Below, one piece after another: positions 9,816-21,881 of a DNA stretch of 64,000 nt (its first letter is position 1; the number at the start of each line of letters is the position of its first letter). Under the pieces are notes generated by a model. That model did not search any database. It saw nothing but the letters and a program-made list of their open reading frames with translations, and was not told the DNA's origin. A program made the translations under genes and the position numbers. Source of the DNA: an uncultured Thermoleophilia bacterium (GTDB lineage: Bacteria > Actinomycetota > Thermoleophilia > UBA2241); NCBI GenBank assembly GCA_963715985.1, contig CAVQSP010000011.1:634279-698278 (forward strand). The letters are read 5' to 3'.

Positions 9816-10953
9816 CTACTCGACGCGGGCCGCCGCCCACGCCGCAAGCGCCTCAACGGCCCGATCGCCGGCGTGCCCGTCCCAGAGCGGCACGACCGGC
9901 GGAGGCACGACGGGACCCGACGCAACGGCGTCGCGCACGGCGGCCAGGATCGCCGTCGGGTCGCCCGGGTCGACCAGCCTATTCGTGCCCACTGTGACGG
10001 TCACGGGCCGCTCCGTTGTGGTGCGCACGGTGATGCAGGGCACGCCCAGGAAGGTCGTCTCCTCCTGCACGCCACCGGAGTCGGTGACGACCGCGGCAGC
10101 CGCCATCATCAGCCCCAGGAACTCGAGGTAGCCGAGCGGCTCGACCAGGTGGAGCCGCGGATGCGTGAGGGCCGCGCCGGCGCCGAGGTCGGCCAGTCGC
10201 GCGCGCGTTCGCGGGTGCATCGGGAAGACGACGGGCACCGCCGCCGACACTTCTCCGAGCAGGCCGAGCAGCTGCAGAAGCTGTTCCGGCTCGTCCACAT
10301 TGCTCGGCCTGTGCAGTGTCGCGAGCACCAGCGGACCCTCGCCCACGCCGAGCCGCTGCCGCGTCGCCGCGACCGTGGCCTCGGCCCGCGGGCGAAGTCG
10401 CACGAGGGAGTCGATCATCGTGTTGCCGATGTCCACGATCTTCTCCGGAGCAACGCCCTCGCGCAGGAGGTTGTCGTCGCCGTCGGCGCAGGTGGTAAGC
10501 AGCAGGTCGGACACGTGGTCGGCGACGATCCGGTTGATCTCCTCGGGCATGCTGCGGTCGCCGCTGCGGAGGCCGGCCTCAAGGTGGACCACGGGCACGT
10601 TCAGCTTGGCCGCGACGAGTGCGCCGGCGCAGGTGGAATTCACGTCACCGGGAACGAGCACTGCGTCGGGCTCGTGCCGGCATACTGACCGGCTCGAGCG
10701 CCTCGAGCATGCGCGCCGTCTGCTGCGCGTGCGAGCCCGAGCCGACCCCGAGGTACTCGTCCGGCTCGGGCAGCCCGAGTTGCCGGAAGAAGACGTCGCT
10801 CAGCAGCTCGTCGTAGTGCTGGCCAGTATGAACAAGCACACGCTCGAAGTGCACGCCGAGCCGCGGCTGCGCGTTCCAGCGCTCGGCCGCCGCGATCACC
10901 GGTGCGACCTTCATGAAATTGGGTCGCGCCCCTACGACGTAGAGCAGTCTCAG
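9816..10953 (-). CDS. wecB: Non-hydrolysing UDP-GlcNAc 2-epimerase, one frameshift near 10,680
   Basis: VVGARPNFMK, HTGQHYD, GDVNST, HLEAGLRS.D..MPEEINR, TLHRPSNVD, TDSGGVQEET, TERP. Probable start is a CTG overlapping the wecG stop after a GAAAGGGGAG SD. Confidence 0.9.
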
Positions 10954-11732
10954 AGAGCTCCCCTTTCAGTGGTCCGCCTGCGAGCCGCCCGCCACGCGCC
11001 GAAGACAAGGCCGACAAACTCCAGATTGCCGACCAGGTACCTCTTCCACATGCGACGCGGCTCCTGGATGAACCGATACGCCCACTCGAGCCCCATGCGC
11101 TGCATCCAGACGGGCGCCCGCCTGATTGCGCCCGCATACACGTCGAAGCTACCACCTACTCCCATGGAGAATGGCACGCCCAGCGCATCGAGGTTCTCCG
11201 CCAGCCAGTACTCCTTTCGGGGGCTCGGCATGCCGACGAACATGATGGCAGGCTCGGCCGCCCTGATTCGTGCCACCACGTCGCGAGAACGTCCGGCCGG
11301 CCAATAGCCGTCGTGAGCGCCGCTGACCTGGAGTGCTGGATGCTCGCGCCGGGCGCGCGCCACCGCGGCTGCCAGGACCTCATGCGTGGCACCAAGGAAG
11401 AAGACGGGATAGCCTCGCTGCTCCGCGAGACCCAGAAGGGCCTCGAACAGGTCAATGCCGGCCACACGTTCAGGCACCGGATGGCCCAACAGGCGAGAGG
11501 CCCACACCACCGATTGGCCGTCCGCATTGATGAGAGCACAGGAGGAAACGATGCGCAGGAGTTCCCTGTCCTTGTGCATCATGACGGCCTTCGACGCGTT
11601 GACCACACAGTGCTGCACCGGCCGACGTGCGCTGATGAGACGCTCCACTTCGGCAAGCGTCTCCGTGAAAGTCAGCGGGTCGATGGGGCAACCCGCGACG
11701 ATCACCCTTCGGGAGGGGCGGCGGGGCGTCAT
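10950..11732 (-). CDS. WecB/TagA/CpsF (WecG-type) glycosyltransferase
   Basis: VNASK, ADGQSVVWAS, ERVAGIDL, FFLGA, HDGY, VGMPSPRKE, GVGGSFDV, GLEW.YRF.QEPRRMWKRY. Confidence 0.9.
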   Translation of the reverse strand: MTPRRPSRRVIVAGCPIDPLTFTETLAEVERLISARRPVQHCVVNASKAVMMHKDRELLRIVSSCALINADGQSVVWASRLLGHPVPERVAGIDLFEALLGLAEQRGYPVFFLGATHEVLAAAVARARREHPALQVSGAHDGYWPAGRSRDVVARIRAAEPAIMFVGMPSPRKEYWLAENLDALGVPFSMGVGGSFDVYAGAIRRAPVWMQRMGLEWAYRFIQEPRRMWKRYLVGNLEFVGLVFGAWRAARRRTTERGAL

Positions 11733-12327
11733 GCGCGCTGTCCGCCCGCTGACTGTGGCGCGAGCGTGCGTCCTCCGGCGAAGCTGCGCCGCCGGAAGCT
11801 GGATGAACTGCTCGTGCCCCAGCCCCGTGATAGCCGGCGAGCGAAGCAGCCGCTGGCGGTCGCGACGGACGGCAGCGCGCCCGCCGGCCGGCCGGCCCAT
11901 GCACGTGCGCGTCCAGCCACATACCTTCGGCTCGGGCGGCAGTGCCGCTGCGCAACTCCAGGTCGAGATCCAGCAGCGTCGCTCTCCCGTCGAGGACTCC
12001 GCCACCGACATCCTGTCATCATCCATAGGTGCTTATCGGCAAGGGGAGGCCTAGCCACCTCGAATGTCCGCGGAGATCTTCGAGCACCGCAGGCCGGCCG
12101 TGACGAGGGCTCGGGACACCGATCTGCTTCGAGTCTACGTCCGAGAGACGGTGTCGCGGCGCTGGGCCAGCATTGCCAGTCGACGAGACGGCCTCTGTCG
12201 CCGAGCAATCGGGGGAGCGAGGCTGCTTCGACCAGACTGGGGCACCCGCGGCAGCAGCCGGTGCGTGACTCGCCAAGGCGCCGAGGATAGCCGGCGAAGC
12301 AAGCGCTCACGTGGCCTTCCGGCGCAC

Positions 12328-13458
12328 TCATGCCCGGCCGCTGGTCCGGCAGGCGGCCACGCTCCTCAGGATCTCTGCGTAGCGAGGCATCACCTCCTCG
12401 GGAGCGAATTCCACGACCTTCGCCGCGTTGGCGCGCCCCATTCGCAACCGCAGATCGTCGTCGTCGATCAGCCGTTCGACGGCCGCTGCGACCGACGCCG
12501 CATCGCGTGGCGGGACGAAGAGAGCATTCACATCAGGCGCCAAGTGATCGGCGCAGCCCCGGATGCGTGTGGTCACGATCGGCAGACCGCTCGCCATGGC
12601 TTCCATGACCGACAACGGGAACCCCTCGTCATGATACGAGGGCAGGACGAAGATATCGGCGCTCGCGTAGGCAGATGCCAGCGCAGGCCCTGAAACGTAC
12701 CCGAGCATGTCGACGGCATGGTCGATTCCCAGCGACTCGGCACGCGTCGCCAACTCATCGGCGGCCGGCCCGGTGCCGGCCATGACAAGGCGACACGGCC
12801 GAGTGCGTCGCACCATCTCCAACGCCTCCAGGAGTTCGAAGAGGCCCTTCGGTCGCATCAGCCGGGCGACGACCAGGAGAACCCAATCGCGCGTCGTTGC
12901 TCCATGCGCGCGCCGGGCGTGATCCGCGACAGCCTCCGGCACGAAGGGATTGACGACCACTTCGAAGCGAACCTCAGGGCAGGACTCCTGCCACTGCCGC
13001 TGTTCCTCAGTGGACAGGAGCATCACCGCCGCGGCCCGCCGCATCAGCCACTTCGAACAGAGAGTGAAGTGCTCCTCGCCGGGCCGCCCGAGCGCATCGA
13101 TACGGCTGCCATGGAGGTGCAGCACGAGTGGCGGTCCGCGGCGTGTCACAGCGAGCGCCAGGGAGCTGTCGCGTAGCAGCGACTGCCACGTGTGCGCGGT
13201 GGCCACATAGAGCACCGCGGGCCGCCAGCGATGGACGCAGTAGAGCACGCGCACGAGGTCCGCGACGCGGCCGCCGACCTTGACCAGGAACGGCTCGTGA
13301 CCGGCGGTGTGAGCGCTCCATCCAAGGACGCGGACCTCGAGGCCCGCGTCCCGCATGCCCCGCACCAGTAGAGGCGCCAGCTTGGGAAACGGGCCACCGA
13401 AGTTGGGATGGGCAGTGAGCATCGCCACCTGGAGCTTCGCCTGGCCCGCGAACCCCAC
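12328..13458 (-). CDS. Glycosyltransferase family 4
   Basis: ARLMRPKGL and ADIFVLPSY..EGFPLSVMEAMASG (E-X7-E). Start is approximate. Confidence 0.9.
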   Translation of the reverse strand: MGFAGQAKLQVAMLTAHPNFGGPFPKLAPLLVRGMRDAGLEVRVLGWSAHTAGHEPFLVKVGGRVADLVRVLYCVHRWRPAVLYVATAHTWQSLLRDSSLALAVTRRGPPLVLHLHGSRIDALGRPGEEHFTLCSKWLMRRAAAVMLLSTEEQRQWQESCPEVRFEVVVNPFVPEAVADHARRAHGATTRDWVLLVVARLMRPKGLFELLEALEMVRRTRPCRLVMAGTGPAADELATRAESLGIDHAVDMLGYVSGPALASAYASADIFVLPSYHDEGFPLSVMEAMASGLPIVTTRIRGCADHLAPDVNALFVPPRDAASVAAAVERLIDDDDLRLRMGRANAAKVVEFAPEEVMPRYAEILRSVAACRTSGRA

Positions 13459-13666
13459 GACGGAGTCAGATGACGGGCTTTGCAGTCCGACAGTCAAGTC
13501 TCGCCCACATGGAACTCGATCGGCCTTCTCCCCAAGACGGGCCCAATGCGTTCGCTCCTGTCCCGGAAGCTCGTTCTCACCGCGCCGGTTCCGGTCACGC
13601 CTCTGTGTGCATGTGCCCACCATCCTACGCTCGCTCGGAGTGTCGGCAAGGCCCGGCACAACGCTG

Positions 13667-14849
13667 TCACTCCCACGCCCGATCGCGGGCGATGATCATG
13701 GACCCCTCATCGGGCACGAGCGCACGCTGAGAGAAGACCACGTAGTTGTGAGGCAGGATCCCCTTCGGGAAGTAGAGAATCCCGTGCTGAGGGAAGATAT
13801 CGCCGCGGCGCTTGAGGACTTCCTCCCACAAGCCGTCTGGCCGCATACCAAACAGATGTGCACAGCGGTCTTTCGACGCGGGACCGGGCTCCACCGTTGT
13901 CCCCAGGTATGCGCCTCCGGCCTCATTCGCGCCCATGTAGTACGTCGGTCCCGGCAGCTCGACAAGCGCGTGCGTCTCCAGGGGCTGCTCCTTGCGGGCC
14001 ACCATGAGACTGGCGGGAGTGGTCGGCGAGTCCATGCCCCAGTACACGTTGCCGTCGCGGACCACGAGGTCGGTCGCTCGGGACATCTGGCCCGCGTCCA
14101 GAAAGCACTGAACGCTCCGAAACTCGTCGTCTGTGAAGAGGATGCGGCTTTCGCCATCGCGGTCGCCGGTGAGCACCCAGATGCGGCGGTCATCCTCCGG
14201 GTCGCGAATCAAAGCGTGCACATGCCGAATCTGGCCTGGGCCGAACTCCCAAGCGGTCTCGAAGGTGACGAGGTCACGCGACCGATGGATTCGAACCCTC
14301 TCGAGGCGTGCGTGGTTGGCCGAGTAGTCGGCAATGTACGTCCATCCGCTTGGCGACTCGCAGATCCCCCGGTTCATGGGTCTCGTGGACGAGAAGTGGG
14401 GCACTGGGCGAACCTGCGCGCCTCGAGCATCACAGCACCACCAGGACGCTCCGTTGGATATCAGAAGGCGCCCGCGATCAGTACGATGGACCTGCAGGAT
14501 CGAGTGCTTCATCACTCGGTCAACCAGCCGAACATGAGCCACGCGCTGAGTCAGCCGCCAGGGGATCTCGGCGATCACCACGAGTTCGGGCCGCTCCAAG
14601 ATCGGGCGCCAAGAACACCTTGTTGAGTCGAGAGAACACGAGCCCGTCCTCACACCACGCGTGTGGCGTGGCCTTCGAGATCTTCGCCACGATCTCGAAT
14701 CGACCCCCGGGTCTGCTCCGCGCGACCCCATTGCTGGCAGGACTACGCATCCAACGAAGCAGAGGCGGGGCGCGGGTCAGCCGAGAAGGCGCGTGGTGCT
14801 CGCTGTCCGGCGGGTACCGCCGACGCCTCTCGGCCCCCAGAGTACGCAT
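13667..14849 (-). CDS. Hypothetical beta-propeller-like protein of polysaccharide loci, frameshifted near 14,600
   Basis: Joins ORF 14520..14849 to ORF 13667..14731. Contains IRHVHAL..DP....IW..TGD.D.ES, YWGMDSP and TTVEPG motifs. Confidence 0.6.
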
Positions 14850-14917
14850 GACCGACCTGCGTCCGGCCGAATCCGGGCTGAACGGAAGGACGGAGGCGAA
14901 CGTGAAGAGAGTGACGG

Positions 14918-16520
14918 CTACTGACCGGAGCCGTACTTCGCATAGGCCGCGTACTGCGTGTCGTCCAGCCGCTCGCCTACGATGACCAACCCGACCTTGC
15001 GGCCAGGCATGGCGTCCAGGGCGTATCGGCCTTCCTCCAAGATAGGACGTCGTGCCGTATCGACCCTGGCGGTCACAAGCACCCCATCAACGGACGGTGC
15101 AAGAGAACCGGCGTCGCCGAACGCCAACAGAGGTGGTGTGTCGATCAGCACGTAGTCGGCGTCCGAGGCCGCCAGATCAGCCAGCGCACTGGCCACGCTG
15201 CGTGACGCCACGACCTCCCCGGGATTCGGGGGCAAAGGCCCTGACGTGATGATCCTCAGCACACCCGCCCAGTCGCCGTCCAGCGAATTCGGGACCCTGC
15301 CGGCGAGTGTGCGCACACCGGACACCGAACACTCCGCTGCTGTGTATTCCTTCATCGCCCTGTGTAGGGGCGTCTTGGCCAGAACTGCAGACGTGAGCCC
15401 GACGGAGTTCGAGAGACCGAACACGCGGTGCACCTGTGGATTGCGGAGATCGGCGTCCACGAGGATCACCCTGCTGCCGGCACGAGCGAGCGTCACGGCG
15501 AGGTTGCACAGGGTGATCGTCTTGCCCTCTCCCTTCACCAGACTGGTGACGACAAGCGACTTCAGCGAGCCATCGATGTGGCTCCACTCGAGATTGCGGC
15601 GCAGTACCCGAAGCGCCTCGCTCACACTCCCTTCCGGGTCCGTGCACGCCACGAGTCCCCCATCATTGGCCGCTCGTCGCGTCATTCGCGGAACGCGTCC
15701 GATCACCGGCAGCCCGAGGATGTCCGAGACCGTTCGGTACGAGCGGACCCGCGTGTCAAACTGCTCGACCACAAACGCCAGTATGACCCCCAGGAAGAGG
15801 CCGACGATCAGGCCGAACGCGGTCGACTTGACCGGCTTGGGGGACGCTGGAGATGCCGGCGGTGTCGCGGGCACGATGATATCGAAGTTCCCGTTGGCGC
15901 TGGCCTCCGCGATCTTCAGATTGCGGAGTTGCTGCTGCAACACCGCGTAGTCGGCTGTGAGCTTGGCTTCGGCTGTCGTGTAGAGGTCGAGTTGCTGCTG
16001 GACGATCTCCTGGGCAGTCCTCCAGCTCTGCTGCTCACGCTCCTTGCGCAGCTCGATGATGGCCTTTGCGTAGGCGTTCGCGATTCGCGCGGCGGCGTTC
16101 GGGTCGCTCGTCTCCGCAGTGACGTCGACCACGTCGGCCAGCGTCGTCCCCGACGATCTGCCGTCGACCGATGCCACGGTCGCCGAGATCGAGTAGGCGA
16201 ATGAACCGGCCGGTTTCGTCCAGCAGCTCCGAAGCACGTTGCCTCACTGCTGGGCTGTCGATGGTGTTGACAACGCTCTGGACCTCGAAGGTGAGGCGAT
16301 TAAGGTCCGTCGAGTAGCCGGCGGAAGCGCTGGCGACGGATGCCGGCGGGGCGTACATCAGTCGCGCCGTGGCCACATATACCTTCGGCTGCGTGAATGC
16401 CCTCCCGAACGCGGCGAGAGTGCACAGCACGACGACAAGGATGACCCACCGGCGACGCAGCCAGACGACGCGCCAGTAGTCGCGCAGAGTCATTGCGCTG
16501 TTCTGATCAGACTGGGCCAA
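14918..16520 (-). CDS. Wzc-like polysaccharide co-polymerase / BY-kinase fusion, frameshifted near 16,200
   Basis: N-terminal Wzz-like TLRDYWRVVW..TM, second TM, Walker A GEGKT, DADLRNP, Walker B LIDTPP, and Tyr-containing tail YAAYAKYG. Confidence 0.85.
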
Positions 16521-16989
16521 AGCCTACCCTCACTGCGGTCATCGAATGGCTGAGCGCCATGATATCAGGCGACCCCAGAAGCCTGGTTTCCTTCCTGGGA
16601 CGCATGCGCTCGTCACCCGTTGGTTCCCTCGCCGAGCTGCCGCCGCACATGACTCAACTATCGGCCGACGACAGCATATTCGTGAGGGCAAGCCATGCCC
16701 GCGCCCCTGCCCAACCGTGAGAGAGCTTGCGTACCGCCACGTCGATGCCCCAGGCGCAATCGTGCGGGTCACGGCGAGGCGTCAGATGCGGCACGTGGGC
16801 AGCGGGGCACCGACAGGCCGGCGGCGCCAGCAGGCACATCCTGCAGAAGCAACGCCCCTGTCGCCGGCCTCGCGGAGACGATGGTGGTGCAGCTTGGGGA
16901 GTGGAAGCCGCCCCTCTCCAGTGGACGCGTCTTCGCGAGCGCCTGCCCGCCTCTCGTGGGGTCACCGTGGCGGCTCGTCAACAAGACGA

Positions 16990-18874
16990 CTACCTGAAAT
17001 CCGAGTCCTGGCGGCGCGCCCAGACGCTCAGGGCGAGAAGCTTCCAGACGTGTCCACTGAAGTTCCGCTGCGCACTGTCCATCCCGGCCAGGAGTCGATT
17101 CACGCCGGCTTCATCGAGCAGCGCGGGGCAGCTGTCGAGAAGCACCTCGCGGGACCACTTGCGCAGCGGCCCCGAGAGCCAGGATCGCAGCGGAATGGCG
17201 AAGCCTCGCTTTCCGCGCGTCAGAATCGCTTGGGGCAGGACATCCCGCACGGCATGGCGCAGAACCCGTTTCGACGTCCAGTAGTTCAACTTGTACGACG
17301 ATCGGCAGACCGTTCACGTAGTCGGCGAGCACGTGGTCCAGCAGGGGCACTCGTCGCCTCGAGCGAAACGGCCATGCTCATTCTGTCGACTTTCGTCAGG
17401 ATGTCATCGACCAAGTACGTGCGTTGGTCCTTGAGGAGCGCGGCGCCGGGAGTGCCGTCGTTGCTGAACAACTGCTCCAGCGCGTACGGCGCCGCGTGAT
17501 GGCTCAGGAACTCCCGGAAGTCCCTACCAAGGGCGTTCTGACACAGTTCGGGCAGCGGGTTGGCCACATATGCGAGGTGCCGGAGGGACGCATCCGTTCC
17601 CAGCCGTCGCAGCAGCCCACTCCCGCGCCGAGTCTCGGGAATGACTCGTCCGCCCAAGGAGCTGATCCACCCGAGGACCGCCGGTGGCACGGGTCTCAGA
17701 AGGCCGTACGCCAGCAAGCTGCGGTACTGCCCGTAGCCCGCGAACAGCTCATCGCCGCCATCGCCAGTCAGCGCCACCGTCACGTGCTCTCGTGCCAGCT
17801 GGCTGACGAAGAACGTGGGAATCGCGGACGCGTCCGCGAACGGCTCGTCGAAGTGCGAGAGAAGGTCCGGGATCGCCAGGGCATCAGCAGCGCGAACGAG
17901 GCGAGAGTGATGGTGAGTGCGGAAGTGCTTCGCCACCGTGGCCGCGTAAGGAAGCTCGTTGAAGGCCTGATCCTCAAAGCCTATGGAGAAGGTCAGGAGA
18001 TCCTCAACGCCCTCCTGCTCGCATCGTCGCCCACGATTGCGGAAGAGTCGATGCCGCCGCTCAGGAACGCGCCCAGGGGAACGTCACTTCTGAGCCTGAG
18101 GCGCACGCTCTCCCTGAGGAGCTTCTGCACCTTGACGACGGCCTCTCGGAACGAGGGCACCCGCCTGTCCTCTTCGGCGCGTGGAGCCCAGTACTCCCGG
18201 GAGGCGACACGCTGGGCCCCAGCCGCCGGGTCCCAGGACCAGATCTCAGTCGTGCCGGGGGGAGCTTGCGGATGCCCCGATAGACAGTCGACGCGGCCGG
18301 GGCGTATCCGAGTCGCAGGTACGCGGAGAGAGCGGTCGCATCCCACGAGCGATCGACCCACGGCACCTCGAGCAGCGCCTTGATCTCGGATGCGAAGGCC
18401 AGAGAGCCGCCTTGAGCTGCGACGTAGAGCGGCTTGATCCCGAAGCGGTCGCGAGCGAGCAGAAGCTGCCGCTCGCGGGCGTCCCAGACGGCCAGAGCTG
18501 AACATGCCGCGGAACTGCTCGACGCAAGCCGAGCCGTGCTCCTCGTACTCATGAACGATGACCTCGGTGTCGGTCTGGGTCCGGAACTCGTGGCCAGCCG
18601 CTACGAGGCGCGCGCGCCGCTCCGCGTAGTTGTAGATCTCACCGTTGAAGACGACCCATACGGAACCGTCTTCATTGGCGATCGGCGGGTCTCCGGTCTC
18701 GAGGTCGATGATGCTCAGCCGCGTCATGCCGATCGACACACCGGGATAGTCGACGAAGCCTTCCGAGTCCGGTCCGCGATGGTGCAGCGTCCCGGCCATC
18801 CTGCGCACCACGCTGGACGGCGACTCCGGGCTCTCGGGTTCTACCGGCGCAAGCAGCCCGACTATGCCGCACAT
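16990..18874 (-). CDS. asnB: Asparagine synthase (glutamine-hydrolysing) family amidotransferase, multiple frameshifts
   Basis: MCGI, HRGPD, RLSIIDL, FNGEIYN, TDTEV, ARDRFGIKPLY, FLSGGIDSS, LTGDGGDELFAGY, KVDRMSMA.SLE, K.GF.IP. Confidence 0.9.
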
Positions 18875-18944
18875 CGACCAGCGACTCCGACCAGCCGAAG
18901 AGGCTCACGCGGTGTCGCCGCAAGCGCAGACGCGCGCACCCCGT

Positions 18945-19715
18945 TCATGGTCTGCAGACGATCGGGCGAAGGAGGCGCGCGGCCCACACCCGCGGCATCG
19001 TCCTGAGATAGCCCCGAGGCGAGACGGCCTTCAGCGCCCGCAAGTACGCGCGGTCTTCGCCAACCTGACAGAAGACCCTCACCTTCTCCGGGATGCTCGC
19101 CTGATTCGCAAGCACGCTCACCCTGTCCGCGCCCTCGGTGTGATAGATACGAAGCGGGCGGTGAATGAAGTACCGGCGAGCGACGCGGTTGACCTTCAGC
19201 CACAGGATGCCCTCCCATCCCGGCAGACGTTCGTCGAAGCGAAGGGCGCCCAGCAAACTGGTACTGACCATGCCCCAGTGCTCGCCGCGCAGCTTCGTCC
19301 CCTCCCTCACGGACAGCCTGCCGTCGCGGCTGGGACCTGTCCCTGCCAGCCCCCTGGTCACGGAGTCCACGCAATTGCAGGTGAGCACGGTGGCCCCTGT
19401 GCGGGTCGCGTACTCCATCATCACGGAGAGAGCGTCGGGCATCGCCTCGTCGTCGGAGTCGAGGATCGTGAACCATTCACCTCGTACGTGATCGAGGCCT
19501 GTGTTCTTTGCCGCCGCAACCCCGCGGTTGCTCGGATGCCGATAGACGGTGATTCGGGGATCCTGAAGCCCGGCCAGGTAGCTGGCCGTCTCATCGGTCG
19601 AGCCGTCGTCAACGATGATCAGCTCCCAATCGGAGAAGCTCTGGCTCACGACACTGTTGACAGCTCTCGGCAAGACAGCCGCACGGTTGTACGTCGGCAG
19701 GACGACGGAGATCAT
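18945..19715 (-). CDS. Glycosyltransferase family 2
   Basis: SVVLPTYNR, IVDDGSTD, N.G.AAAKN.G, LDSDD. Confidence 0.9.
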   Translation of the reverse strand: MISVVLPTYNRAAVLPRAVNSVVSQSFSDWELIIVDDGSTDETASYLAGLQDPRITVYRHPSNRGVAAAKNTGLDHVRGEWFTILDSDDEAMPDALSVMMEYATRTGATVLTCNCVDSVTRGLAGTGPSRDGRLSVREGTKLRGEHWGMVSTSLLGALRFDERLPGWEGILWLKVNRVARRYFIHRPLRIYHTEGADRVSVLANQASIPEKVRVFCQVGEDRAYLRALKAVSPRGYLRTMPRVWAARLLRPIVCRP

Positions 19716-20228
19716 CTATGCCTCGTCGCACAGCGTCATGAGCCCGCTAGCGTTGACGACCGCATGTGCCGGGCCTGTTCCATGGCCGACGGGCTGATGG
19801 CGGTCAGGCAAATGGTCCCGGCGCCACTTGTGGCCAACGTCCTCACGCCTGACCTCCATCGTCGGTTCACAGGCGTCGCGGCCGCCGCTTCGGCTTGGGG
19901 TCAGCCGAACATCGGGACCCGCTCCGCTACTTGAGGGCGTCCGGGACGCGCTGGCCAGAGGTTCGCCCTCTTCTTGAGTATGCCGCAGAACACGGGCTCC
20001 GCGCCACTGGGGTCGTGCCGTCCCGCACACCCGCTCGGGCGGGAACGATCGCGCGGTGTGCTCCTCTGCATACCGAGACTGCAGGTTCCCAACTGGAACA
20101 TCTGCACCAGTCGGCCGCTGCCTTGGCCTAACTTGGCTCTTCGCCGGGCTGAGGGGCGCCCTGGCATCCGAATTCGCAGCAACAGACCGGGCGCAAGAAC
20201 CCTCAGTGAATCGCGGTCCGGTCCTGGG

Positions 20229-21500
20229 TCATTGCTTGCCCGCTCGGTGGCGCATCAGGATATCGCCGTACATGTCGATCGTCGCTGGGGCGATGGCTCG
20301 TGGGTCATGGCGTCTCAGAGCGCGCCTGCGCGCGTTCCCGCCGAGGCGCGTCGCAAGTGCGGGCTCGGCTGCAAGCACGCCAATCATCTCCGCCAGACCG
20401 CGCACGTCGCCCGGGCGGAATAGGAGTCCTTCCCGACCGTCCTTCAGGAGTGAGGGGACCCCGCCTACGCACGCGGCGACGCACGGCACGCCAAGGATCA
20501 TAGCCTCCGCGACAGAATTGGGGCTGTTCTCCACGAAGGAGGGGTGAACGTAGACGCTCGCCGCTTCGAGCTCGGAGACGACTGCCGCTGACGACAGCGG
20601 GCCCAGCCAACGGACCACGCCCCGCAGACCCAATCGATCCACGGCGCGCAGGGCGATCGGCCACATGGCCGTGCCCTCGACTTCCCCGGCGATTCTGAGC
20701 TGGATGTCCGGCCTCACCGATTCCCGCAGCAGGGCGACAGCTTCGAGCAGAAGGACCAGACCCTTGTAAGGAGCAGGGCCTCCCGTGGTGTACACGACAA
20801 ACCGGCTCCCAGCGAGCGGTCGCCAGAGGTGGTGGTAGAACTCGGGCCGCAAGACCTCCTCAGCGTGGTAGTAGCGTGCCCCAGGGTTCACTGCGGAAAG
20901 AATGGCCCTGTCCCAGTCTGTCCTCCCCGCGAAGAAACGGCAGCCTTTCAGAATCACCAGCTCCCTGCCTGCCGCCATGCGCATCGCCCCGTGGGTGTGC
21001 ACTAGTCCGCGTCCTTTCGCGAACTCCAAGGATAGGACATCACGCACGAGGTCCGTTGCAGGGATGCCAGCGAAGTAGGCGCGAGAGCAGGCGGCGAGTA
21101 TGCCCTGCAGGGATATGAGGACTGGGGTGGGGACGGCGCCCCACAAGAGACCGAACGGCCCCTCACTGCCGTGGACGTGGATCAGGTCTGGCCGAAAGCG
21201 ATCGATAACGGACAACGCTTGGGCGAGCAGCGATTCGTCGTGTGTGAGATGTCTCCACCGCCTCGCGACTCCGGCGACACCACTCGGCATGAGTGGAGTG
21301 TGGAGGTGGTAGTAGCGGACACCGTCCTCGACGAAGGGCTCGAACGGCACGGTCCCACGTGCCGCCATGCCAAGCTGCACACCGCCTTCGGCGCGCAGGG
21401 CGGTTCGAAGACCTTCCATCCATGCGCCGCCCGTGACATCCGCGGCAAGTCGCCGCTGGACCGCGGGCAGCTCAATGTTCGTGAACCACAGGACCTTCAA
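20229..21500 (-). CDS. Glycosyltransferase family 4
   Basis: TTG start giving (M)KVLWFTN, PDLIHVHGSE, GRTDWD, YKG, PS.VENSPNSVAEAM. Confidence 0.9.
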   Translation of the reverse strand: MKVLWFTNIELPAVQRRLAADVTGGAWMEGLRTALRAEGGVQLGMAARGTVPFEPFVEDGVRYYHLHTPLMPSGVAGVARRWRHLTHDESLLAQALSVIDRFRPDLIHVHGSEGPFGLLWGAVPTPVLISLQGILAACSRAYFAGIPATDLVRDVLSLEFAKGRGLVHTHGAMRMAAGRELVILKGCRFFAGRTDWDRAILSAVNPGARYYHAEEVLRPEFYHHLWRPLAGSRFVVYTTGGPAPYKGLVLLLEAVALLRESVRPDIQLRIAGEVEGTAMWPIALRAVDRLGLRGVVRWLGPLSSAAVVSELEAASVYVHPSFVENSPNSVAEAMILGVPCVAACVGGVPSLLKDGREGLLFRPGDVRGLAEMIGVLAAEPALATRLGGNARRRALRRHDPRAIAPATIDMYGDILMRHRAGKQ

Positions 21501-21881
21501 ATCCCCCGCGCTTCCATCTGTCCCGAGCCGCGTGGGCCAGACCGGCGCGGCTCTGCCCGGCACGGAGTCTAGCGTACCGCACCGTGCGGGGCTGACCGCA
21601 CAGACGGTGACGTGCATCGGCACGCCTGGCGATGCCTTGGCTTCCCAGGAGTACACGCCTCGGCGCAACACGCAGGGACGGTCGACCCACGCGCGGCCCC
21701 AGGCGCCAGGATCTTGTCGTCGAGTCCCACGCAGCTGCGCTCGAGCCTCGTTGAGAGTGCAGCCGACCGACCGACCGTGATACTTTGACGCCAGGCGCCA
21801 AGCCGTGGGGAGGCTCGAAGCGAGCGATTAACCGCGATCGATGATCGAGTTCCCCCGGCCACTCACTCTGGTGGGCTTTCG

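Noticed and set aside
11733-12327. N-terminal extension of WecG or a separate gene in this spacer
   Set aside because: No recognisable motif; the ORFs are typical high-GC shadow frames.
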